Below are positions 22,416 through 33,556 of a stretch of DNA of 64,000 bases, piece after piece; the first letter of the stretch is position 1; each line of letters opens with the position of its first letter. Under the pieces are notes generated by a model. It was not told the DNA's origin and did not search any database. It was given only the letters and a program-made list of their open reading frames with translations. Location: positions 163,556,001-163,620,000 of the forward strand of contig OZ024743.1 in the NCBI GenBank assembly GCA_964016885.1. Direction: 5' to 3'. The position numbers were made by a program, and so were the translations under genes. Origin of the DNA: Eledone cirrhosa (lineage: Eukaryota).

Positions 22416-23754
22416 GGAGAATGTCAACATTTGAAGGAATTAGATGCGTTTTTATCTACAAAACTATTTGGTAAAGCATAATGGCTGTCTCCTCATATTT
22501 GAGGAAGATCAACATGGATCCTTAAACAAATTGCGCTTTCAACAATGACTCTTTAAGCCCACAATATTCCTGTCTTTTGGCAGACTTTACAAAGCTGTAT
22601 AAGTGTTAAGCTTCCAATAGATTTGCAAACATCTCTCTCTATCTCCCTCCCCCTCTCTCTCTTCCACACTTTCCCTATCTCTCTATCTCTTCCTTCTCTC
22701 TCCCTCCATCTCTCCACCCCCACCCCCTAGTTTTTATGCTTATGAACATAAGCTGACAAAGTTCATTTGCATACAGAGCAAAAGCTGGCAGGCTCCAATT
22801 AATGAGAGGTAACGAAGCTTTGGCATAGCATGATTGACACGTGACCTGAGTTGTATATTGAATCATATACAAAATGTTCGTGTAAATTTACATTTTTGTA
22901 GCCTTGCTATGAATTTAAAAAATGGTGATTATGCCACCACAATTCTTAGCAACCAAGGGAGAGCATCCTGATAGCATCGTTTCTGCTTTAATTAACCGAC
23001 ATGTAGGCAGCAAATTAGTAGAGTCATTAGAATGTCAGATGAAATGAAAATCAATCTGTGTATTTGTTTAAATTGACAGTGTGACCCTCCCTAAGTACAA
23101 CAACTTAAGTTTAAAGACACAATATCACATCAAGAATCTTGCAAAATAAATACTAAAAAAAAACAACACAATATAGAGACAGAAATATCTAGAAAATATG
23201 AATTCACTGCAATATGTAATTGCTGATTGTGAAGGTACATAATTTGATGGTTTTTGGTGCACTGTGTCTTTAAGTAAGATACTATATTTCATATTGCTCC
23301 AGTCCAGCCCACTCAGCTTGCAAAAATGAGTTGTACCTATAATTCAAAGGACCAGCTTTGTTATATACTGTCACATTGAATCTCCCTGAGAAAGTACAAT
23401 ATCTGTTGTTATACTTTGGTAGATGACTTTCAAATTTCTAATTCCTGCTTCCCCATTGTTATTCCATTATTATTTCTGCAGGTGTATCTTTTTTTAGTTC
23501 TTTTCTGTCTTTCCTTTTTTCTTCCTGCTTTTCTTTTTTTTCTTTTTCTATCCTTTTCTTTCTTATTCTTTTCCGTCCTTTTCTTTTTTCATCTCCTCCT
23601 CTGTCAGCTCTCCCTTCCATATTCACATAACATAGTTGGAAGCAGGAAGGAAATCTAAGTATCAAGAGCAAAATAATGATAATAAAATAAAGTGTATATC
23701 TAACAAACTCTACAACTAACCATTCTCTGTTCTACTGTTCTCATTACACATTAC

Positions 23755-23972
23755 TTTACGACTACTACTACTATTAATACTACTACCACCACCACCAGAA
23801 CTATTACCACTGCCACCAGTATCACCACCAGTATCACCACCACCACCACGACCACTACTACTACTATTAATAATACTACCACTACCGCCATTGCCACCAC
23901 CAATACCACCACCACCACCATCTACTACTACTACTACTACCACCACCACCTCCAGAACTACTACCACTACCT
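23755..23972. repeat. (ACT/ACC)n low-complexity tract
   Basis: Read directly; explains the V/G/S-rich ORF. Confidence 0.9.
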
Positions 23973-24348
23973 CTAAATATATGTAGAATGGTTGTATATT
24001 AAGCATTCTACATGCAATCAGGACGTGTGTACTTATTCTACTGTTAAGGCTGTGTGTATGTTTGGATTTGGGTGTATGCCAAGTGTTACCATCTACTTGT
24101 GTGTATACATATATATATATATATATGAAGAAAAAGAAAGGTTAACAACTTCAATCTATTTTTTTATTTCTATGCATATGTAAACAATAAGTTAATCAGA
24201 AACAGTTAATTAGCATGTAGTGTGCATTGAGTGTCTCTCATCTTACCAAAAGTAATAGGGGAATACTCCATTATAATCACTTATATATCATCATCATCAC
24301 CATCACCATCATTTAGCGTCCATTTTTCCATACCTACAAAAGTATATG

Positions 24349-24952
24349 TCATCATCATCATCATCATCAACGTTTAACGTCCGTGTTCCACGCTTGCATG
24401 GGTTTGGACGGGGGTAGTCCCACTTGAGGCAAGAGTGATTGTCTTGCTCGCATAGGACTGTCTGGCAGGTTTTCTACAGTTGGATGCCCTTCCTAACACC
24501 AACCACATTTACAGTGTGGGTCTGGGAGGTTTTTACCGTGTTGCCTACACGGCCACATTACAGCGTGGACTGTGTGTTTTTTTGTCGTGACACCTACACG
24601 ATCTCATTTGTTTCGGCCTGGATGGTGTGGCACCAACATAACTTTACATAGAAACATAACTTTACATAGAAGGGGGCGGTGTGGATGGGGTGGGGGTGGT
24701 GGGACGGGGGTGTATTTTGTTAGAGATGCCTACTGACTGTAGTAGGTTTTACTTTGTATTTAGGTAAGGCGGGTCTTCTCTGTTACTGAGTACCGCCAAA
24801 GGTCTCGGTCCAGTGACATTGTCTTGGAGAGGTGTAAGTGTGTGAGGTCGGAGTTTATTTATCAGCTCGTCCCAGGTTTTTCTGGGTCTGCCTATTCCGT
24901 GGCTACCGTCTATCTTTATTGCCCTGCACTTTGTTATACAGCTATCGTCCTA
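24349..24952 (-). mobile_element. RTE 3' end (ORF end and 3' region with tail)
   Basis: Minus strand DDSCITKCRAIKIDGSHGIGRPRKTWDELI at about 24860-24950; tail CGGACGTTAAACGTTGATGATGAT. Confidence 0.85.
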
Positions 24953-24974
24953 TATGTATATATATATATATATG

Positions 24975-25224
24975 TGAGATCGTGTAGGTGTCACGACAAA
25001 AAAACACAGTCCGCGTTGTAATGTGGCCGTGTAGGCAACACGGTAAAAACCTCCCAGACCCACACTGTAAATGTGGTTGGTGTTAGGAAGGGCATCCAAC
25101 TGTAGAAAACCTGCCAGACAGTCCTATGCGAGCAAGACAATCACTCTTGCCTCAAGTGGGAATACCCCCATCCAAACCCATGCAAGCGTGGAACACGGAC
25201 GTTAAACGTTGATGATGATGATGA
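24975..25224 (+). mobile_element. Second copy of the same RTE 3' terminal 250 bp, inverted relative to 24349-24606
   Basis: Near-perfect reverse complement with only a few substitutions and one small indel. Confidence 0.92.
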
Positions 25225-25547
25225 TATGTGTATATATATATATGTATATATATATATTGACTATCCAGTGAATTTCCAACCGATAAGGTATGATTTTCAT
25301 GGGTATGTCTCTATTTATAAAACAAAGTTTGTATTTTATCTGATGAAAGCGTACCAATGTTGTCTTGGTACCCTAGAAATATATATAATAAAAGAAATAT
25401 GGTTTTATAAATATAGTTTCCATTTATTTATTTAATATCATTGAATATTTAATCCAGTCATCTGTTGAGTGCTCTAAATCAGTTATAAACATTTATATTT
25501 GTCGGACTTCCAACAAATTAAATACACCTTCTACTTATATATATATG

Positions 25548-27320
25548 TATGTAAATGGCAAACAGAAATAACAACACAATCGGTACAGTATATGGAAGGA
25601 ATATATTAGGTTAACGCTTGAAATAAAGAGGGTCTTAACGTTTCGGACACTAGTCCTTCATCAGAAGAAAGAATGAGAAATAGATAGATTGAGGGGACGG
25701 GCGGGTTGCAATTAGAAAAAATGTCTTTAGGTAAAAATAACAGGTCCATTCATGTTGACATCTCTTGGAAAACTATTGGTGCTGGTGTTTTGTGTATGAT
25801 TTATTTTTTAGAACAGTGGATGATGGAGAAATGGAAAAAAAAACGTTTTGTAAAAAGAGCTATACTTGTGCACATGTGTTAGCATGTGTGTGTGTGTGTG
25901 TTATACATCCGTACGAAGCTAAGAAGAAATGTGTGTGTGTGCATGTAAGTACGAAGCTATGAGCAAAAGTATGTTAATATAAGGGTGTGTATGTGTGTAT
26001 ACAGAGCAGTGAAGGGAAAAGTGGAGTGAGCATATATAGTCGGCATATATTAGTTGTAAGAGAAGATGTTAATGATCAAGAGAAAGTGATAGGAATCTAG
26101 GGTGTGTGATAATGGATAGGGTATTAGAGAAATTGGGGAGGTGAGTTGAGTCCAAGAGGGGAATAGGACCTAAGGCGGTGAATCAGACTTTGTTCAGTCC
26201 TGGTGCACGAAGCCTGTGATCCATGATGTAAAAGGACACCAGGACTGAAACATGTAGGGAAGAATGACGGGCGACAGGAGTATCCAAACCGAGTCGTATG
26301 TCCCTCAAATGATCAGCAAAACGGTCCGCCATACGGCGTCCCGTTTGTCCGATATATAAAAACTCGCAAAGGGAACACCGGAGGGCATAGATAACGTGGG
26401 TGGATGTGCAGGTGAAGGAATGGCGGATACGGAAAGACCCGTTAGGGCCTGTAAGAGTGGAGAGGGTGGAAATAAAGGGACAAGTGTTGCAGCGGGAACG
26501 GGAACAATGATGAGAGCCAGGTGGATTCATGGGAGAGGACGAGAAGTAACTGTGAACCAGGAGGTTGCGGGCGCGCTTAAAAGCAGTAATGGGAGGGTTT
26601 GGAAAAAAAGCGAGAAATGACGGGGTCAGAAGAGAGGATACAGAAGGAACGGAGGATATGTCGCCTGAGTGGTAGGTGATGGGGTGGTAGGTTAGAGGGA
26701 AAGGAACACAGGTGTTGGGAGGGCAGGGGTGAGGTGAGAGGGCTGTGGTGTGGTCTGTTTACTGGCGCGGGTGGGAGCAGCTTGGATCAGGGTCGGGGGA
26801 TATCCATGTTGGATGAAGCAGGAAGCCATGCGAAGAGAATGGGTTTCGAAATCGTCGTCCTGGCTACAGAGCCGACGAAGACGGAGGAATTGAGAATAGG
26901 GTACAGAGTGTTTGGTGTGGGTTGGATGGGAGGAGGTGAAGTCGAGATAAGATTGGGAGTCTGTTGATTTAATGAAGATGGAAGTAGAGAGGGTGTGGTT
27001 AGAGTGATTAATAGATAGAGATATCTAGAAAAGCGACAGAAGAATCGGAGACAGAGGCGGTGAAATTGAGAGCAGGATAGAAAGATTGGACAAAAGATAG
27101 AAAACAGTCGAGCTGTTCTCGTGATAGAGAGGTGGCGCCGATACAGTCGTCGATATAACGACCGTATAGCTCAGGAGTCGGTCCAGCGTACTGGGAGAAG
27201 ATCTGGGCTTCGACGTAGCCAACAAACAAATTGGCATATTTTGGACCCATTCTGGCTTCCATCGCTACCCCAGAGACCTGCTGATAAAATTCACCCAAAA
27301 AAGAAAATCCATTGAGGGTA
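25548..27320 (-). mobile_element. 5'-truncated, decayed Penelope-like retroelement (RT, GIY-YIG endonuclease, hammerhead-bearing 3' region)
   Basis: RT: EFYQQVSGVAMEARMGPKYANLFVGYVE..YGRYIDD..VAFLD. Cys-rich linker CSRSRCNTC. GIY-YIG: FTCTSTHVIYALRCSLCEFLYIGQTGRRMADRFADH. Confidence 0.9.
25633..25668 (-). ncRNA. Minimal type I hammerhead ribozyme, copy 2 (Penelope 3' end)
   Basis: TCTT CTGATGA A GGAC TAGT GTCC GAAA C GTT AAGA. Confidence 0.8.
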
Positions 27321-27374
27321 ACAAATGGATAAAATTAAATCAAATCCACTGTTGCAACGGGACAGTAAGTAGCA

Positions 27375-28357
27375 AACTAGCAAACTACCACAGGAAACAA
27401 GCACTATCAAATTCCGGGAAGGTTTGGTAGAAGTCGTAAACAGCTTCTGCTACCTGGCTGACCAAATTAGCAGCTGAGGTGAGTGTTCTGAAAGTACAGA
27501 ATGAGAACGGGATGGAAAAAAATTCAGGGAGCTACTACCGCTGGTAGCTACAAAAAACTTTTCCCTCAAAATGAAAGGTAGATGATGCGTGCATACGAAT
27601 AGCAATGTTGCATGGTAGTGAGACCTGGACACTGTGAAGAAGACTTGCATAGATTGGAAAGAAATGAAGCTTGCATGCTCTGATGGATGTGTAATAGTAA
27701 TATAAACTAACTGCAGGAGTAACTAAGCATAAGTGGAATCTGATGCTGTGTGCAAGAAAGGAGATTGCGTTGGTATGGAGGAGTGATGCGTATGAAGGTT
27801 GACAGCTGTATAAAAAGGTGCAGAGCACTAAAAGTTGATGGAAGCCATGGAATGGCGAGACCAAGGAAGACTTGGGATGAGGTGATAAAAGCTAACCTTG
27901 CACAATTGCACCTCTCAAAGATGATACAGGAGCGAGATCTCTGGTGTTATGCAGTAATACAGAAAACCCGCCTTCCCATGGTCACGAGCTGAAGCTGAAG
28001 AACATGTATAGTATGCACCACTCCCACCCTTCCATACATCTCCCATGAGGTCAGGCTGAAGCCTACATCTAGGGAAGCCTCCCGCTCACATGGTAAATCG
28101 GTTGTGTAGGTGTCATGCAAAAAGCACCCAGTCCACACTGTAAAATGATCGTGTAGGTGTCACAACAAAAAGCACCCAGTACTCACTGTAAATGTAGTTG
28201 GCACAAGGCAGGGCATCGAGCTGGAGAAACCAAGCCAAAACCATTTCTGTATGAGCGAGACATGGTCACCTGACCTGGCATTTCTCACAACAGAACAACT
28301 CATCTAACCCATGCTAGCATGGAAAAATGGACAGTAAACAGTGATGATGATGATGAT
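27375..28357 (+). mobile_element. RTE 3' fragment with tail; same subfamily as 9237-10035, opposite orientation
   Basis: MQERRLRWYGGVMRMKVDSCIKRCRALKVDGSHGMARPRKTWDEVI; tail TAACCCATGCTAGCATGGAAAAATGGACAGTAAACAGTGATGATGAT. Confidence 0.88.
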
Positions 28358-28456
28358 ATATATATATATGTAAAAGGTAATCATAAATAACAAAACAAAC
28401 AACACAGTACATGGAAGAAATATATTAGTTTAATGTTTGAAATAGCAGGAAGAGAG

Positions 28457-28492
28457 TCTTAACGTTTCAGACTCTAGTCCTTCATCAGAAGA
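28457..28492 (-). ncRNA. Minimal type I hammerhead ribozyme, copy 3, in a Penelope-like terminal fragment (about 28368-28600)
   Basis: TCTT CTGATGA A GGAC TAGA GTCT GAAA C GTT AAGA; stem II is kept by a G-U pair. Confidence 0.72.
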
Positions 28493-28608
28493 TGTTAGAA
28501 ATTAAAGATAAATAGAAATTAAAGAGTGATAGGAGGAAGGAACGGGGGAAATAATGGGAAAAAAGGGAAGAAAAAAACGTCTTCAGTCATCCATCTTGGA
28601 AAGAAAGA

Positions 28609-28793
28609 GGTGCAGGGATGACTGTAGTTAAGGATTTTGTTTCAAATCATGTGGTTCCAGGTTCATTCCCAATGTGTGACATGTTGGGCAAACGTCTTCT
28701 ACTACAGCATCAGTTTGACTAATGCCATGTGAGTAAAAGTTAGTACACTGAGACTGCAGACATCCATCATATATATATATGTGTGTGTGTCCC
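28609..28793 (+). mobile_element. 5' half of a tRNA-derived SINE (family 2) that runs into the first array unit
   Basis: GGTGCAGGGATGACTGTAGTTAAG (A-box region), GGTTCATTCC at 28660-28669 (B box), TTGGGCAAACGTCTTCTACTACAGC..GCCATGTGAGT, then the unit core. Confidence 0.75.
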
Positions 28794-30898
28794 AGTAAAA
28801 TCTAGAACACTGAGACTGCAGACATCCATCATATATATATATGTGTGTGTGTCCCAGTAAAAGTTAGTACACTGAGACTGCAGACATCCATCATATATAT
28901 ATATGTGTGTGTGTCCCAGTAAAAGTTAGTACACTGAGACTGCAGACATCCATCATATATATATATGTGTGTGTGTCCCAGTAAAAGTTAGAACACTGAG
29001 ACTGCAGACATCCATCATATATATATATATGTGTGTGTGTCCCAGTAAAAGTTAATACACTGAGACTGCAGACATCCATCATATATATATATGTGTGTGT
29101 CCCAGTAAAAGTTAATACACTGAGACTGCAGACATCCATCATATATATATATGTGTGTGTGTCCCAGTAAAAGTTAGAACACTGAGACTGCAGACATCCA
29201 TCATATATATATATGTGTGTGTGTCCCAGTAAAAGTTAGAACACTGAGACTGCAGACATCCATCATATATATATATGTGTGTGTGTCCCAGTAAAAGTTA
29301 GTACACTGAGACTGCAGACATCCATCATATATATATATATATGTGTGTGTCCCAGTAAAATCTAGAACACTGAGACTGCAGACATCCATCATATATATAT
29401 ATGTGTGTGTGTCCCAGTAAAAGTTAGTACACTGAGACTGCAGACATCCATCATATATATATATGTGTGTGTGTCCCAGTAAAAGTTAGAACACTGAGAC
29501 TGCAGACATCCATCATATATATATATATGTGTGTGTGTCCCAGTAAAAGTTAATACACTGAGACTGCAGACATCCATCATATATATATATGTGTGTGTCC
29601 CAGTAAAAGTTAATACACTGAGACTGCAGACATCCATCATATATATATATGTGTGTGTGTCCCAGTAAAAGTTAGAACACTGAGACTGCAGACATCCATC
29701 ATATATATATATGTGTGTGTGTCCCAGTAAAAGTTAGAACACTGAGACTGCAGACATCCATCATATATATATATGTGTGTGTGTCCCAGTAAAAGTTAGA
29801 ACACTGAGACTGCAGACATCCATCATATATATATATATGTGTGTGTGTCCCAGTAAAAGTTAATACACTGAGACTGCAGACATCCATCATATATATATAT
29901 ATGTGTGTGTCCCAGTAAAAGTTAGAACACTGAGACTGCAGACATCCATCATATATATATATATATGTGTGTGTCCCAGTAAAAGTTAGTACACTGAGAC
30001 TGCAGACATCCATCATATATATATATGTGTGGGTGTCCCAGTAAAAGTTAGTACACTGAGACTGCAGACATCCATCATATATATATATATATGTGTGTGT
30101 GTCCCAGTAAAAGTTAGAACACTGAGACTGCAGACATCCATCATATATATATATATGTGTGTGTGTCCCAGTAAAAGTTAGTAGACTGAGACTGCAGACA
30201 TCCATCATATATATATATGTGTGTGTGTCCCAGTAAAAGTTAGAACACTGAGACTGCAGACATCCATCATATATATATATGTGTGGGTGTCCCAGTAAAA
30301 GTTACAACACTGAGACTGCAGACATCCATCATATATATATATATATGTGTGTGTGTCCCAGTAAAAGTTAGAACACTGAGACTGCAGACATCCATCATAT
30401 ATATATATATGTGTGTGTGTCCCAGTAAAAGTTAGTAGACTGAGACTGCAGACATCCATCATATATATATATGTGTGTGTGTCCCAGTAAAAGTTAGAAC
30501 ACTGAGACTGCAGACATCCATCATATATATATATGTGTGGGTGTCCCAGTAAAAGTTAATACACTGAGACTGCAGACATCCATCATATATATATATATAT
30601 GTGTGTGTCCCAGTAAAATCTAGAACACTGAGACTGCAGACATCCATCATATATATATATGTGTGTGTCCCAGTAAAAGTTAGAACACTGAGACTGCAGA
30701 CATCCATCATATATATATATATATGTGTGTGTCCCAGTAAAAGTTAGTACACTGAGACTGCAGACATCCATCATATATATATATATATGTGTGTGTCCCA
30801 GTAAAAGTTACAACACTGAGACTGCAGACATCCATCATATATATATATATATGTGTGTGTGTCCCAGTAAAAGTTAGTACACTGAGACTGCAGACATT

Positions 30899-30937
<39 letters not shown>

Positions 30938-33517
30938 CCCAGTAAAAGTTAGTACACTGAGACTGCAGACACCCATCATATATATATATATATGTGTGTG
31001 TCCCAGTAAAAGTTAGTAGACTGAGACTGCAGACATCCATCATATATATATATGTGTGTGTGTCCCAGTAAAAGTTAGTACACTGAGAGTGCAGACATCC
31101 ATCATATATATAGATGTGTGTGTGTGTCCCAGTAAAAGTTAGTACACTGAGACTGCAGACATCCATCATATATATATATATATATGTGTGTGTGTCCCAG
31201 TAAAAGTTAGAACACTGAGAGTGCAGACATCCATCATATATATATATGTGTGTGTCCCCCAGTAAAAGTTAGTACACTGAGACTGCAGACATCCATCATA
31301 TATATGTATATGTGTGTGTGTCCCAGTAAAAGTTAGTACACTGAGACTGCAGACATCCATCATATATATATATATGTGTGTGTGTCCCAGTAAAAGTTAG
31401 AACACTGAGACTGCAGACATCCATCATATATATAGATGTATGTGTGTCCCCCAGTAAAAGTTAGAACACTGAGACTGCAGACATCCATCATATATATATA
31501 TGTGTGTGTGTCCCAGTAAAAGTTAGAACACTGAGACTGCAGACATCCATCATATATATATATATGTGTGTGTGTCCCAGTAAAAGTTAGTACACTGAGA
31601 CTGCAGACATCCATCATATATATATATATGTGTGTGTGTCCCAGTAAAAGTTAGAACACTGAGACTGCAGACATCCATCATATATATATATATGTGTGTG
31701 TGTCCCAGTAAAAGTTAGAACACTGAGACTGCAGACATCCATCATATATATAGATGTATGTGTGTCCCCCAGTAAAAGTTAGAACACTGAGACTGCAGAC
31801 ATCCATCATATATATATATATGTGTGTGTGTCCCAGTAAAAGTTAGTACACTGAGACTGCAGACATCCATCATATATATATATATGTGTGTGTGTCCCAG
31901 TAAAAGTTAGTACACTGAGACTGCAGACATCCATCATATATATATATATGTGTGTGTGTCCCAGTAAAAGTTAGAACACTGAGACTGCAGACATCCATCA
32001 TATATATATATATGTGTGTGTGTCCCAGTAAAAGTTAGAACACTGAGACTGCAGACATCCATCATATATATATATATGTGTGTGTGTCCCAGTAAAAGTT
32101 AGTACACTGAGACTGCAGACATCCATCATATATATATATGTGTGAGTGTCCCAGTAAAAGTTAGAACACTGAGACTGCAGACATCCATCATATATATATA
32201 TATATGTGTGTGTCTCAGTAAAAGTTACAACACTGAGACTGCAGACATCCATCATATATATATATATATGTGTGTGTGTCCCAGCAAAAGTTAGTACACT
32301 GAGACTGCAGACATCCATCATATATATATATGTGTGTGTGTCCTAGTAAAAGTTAGTACACTGGGACTGCAGACATCCATCGTATATATATATGTGTGTG
32401 TCCCAGTAAAAGTTAGTAGACTGAGACTGCAGACATCCATCATATATATATATGTGTGTGTGTCCCAGTAAAAGTTAGTACACTGAGACTGCAGACATCC
32501 ATCATATATATATATATGTGTGTGTGTCCCAGTAAAAGTTACAACACTGAGACTGCAGACATCCATCATATATATATGTGTGTGTGTGTCCCAGTAAAAG
32601 TTAGTACACTGAGACTGCAGACATCCATCATATATATATATGTGTGTGTCCCAGTAAAAGTTAGTACACTGAGACTGCAGACATCCATCATATATATATA
32701 TGTGTGTGTGTGTGTCCCAGTAAAAGTTAGTACACTGAGACTGCAGACATCCATCATATATATATATGTGTGTGTGTCCCAGTAAAAGTTAGTACACTGA
32801 GACTGCAGACATCCATCATATATATATATATATATGTGTGTGTGTCCCAGTAAAAGTTAGTACACTGAGACTGCAGACATCCATCATATATATATGTGTG
32901 TGTGTGTCCCAGTAAAAGTTAGTACACTGAGACTGCAGACATCCATCATATATATATATATGTGTGTGTGTCCCAGTAAAAGTTAGTAGACTGAGACTGC
33001 AGACATCCATCATATATATATATGTGTGTGTGTCCCAGTAAAAGTTAGAACACTGAGACTGCAGACATCCATCATATATATATATGTGTGGGTGTCCCAG
33101 TAAAAGTTAATACACTGAGACTGCAGACATCCATCATATATATATATATATGTGTGTGTCCCAGTAAAAGTTAGTACACTGAGACTGCAGACATCCATCA
33201 TATATATATATATGTGTGTGTGTGTCCCAGTAAAAGTTAGTACACTGAGACTGCAGACATCCATCATATATATATATGTGTGTGTGTCCCAGTAAAAGTT
33301 AGTACACTGGGACTGCAGACATCCATCATATATATATATATGTGTGTGTGTCCCAGTAAAAGTTAGTACACTGGGACTGCAGACATCCATCATATATATA
33401 TATGTGTGTGTGTGTCCCAGTAAAAGTTACAACACTGAGACTGCAGACATCCATCATATATATATATATATGTGTGTGTGTCCCAGTAAAAGTTAGTACA
33501 CTGAGACTGCAGACATT

Positions 33518-33556
<39 letters not shown>

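Noticed and set aside
23416-23671. Possible next GEMIN5 exon (acceptor-like TTTCTGCAG at about 23481) or a K/E/R-rich minus-strand gene
   Set aside because: It is a low-complexity T/C-rich tract; the + frame is poly-Phe/Leu and the charged reading is on the wrong strand.
28790-28810. Recursive splice sites in each unit (CCCAG/GTAAAA)
   Set aside because: A recursive site needs AG|GT after a polypyrimidine tract; here AG and GT share one G and the upstream sequence is TG repeat.
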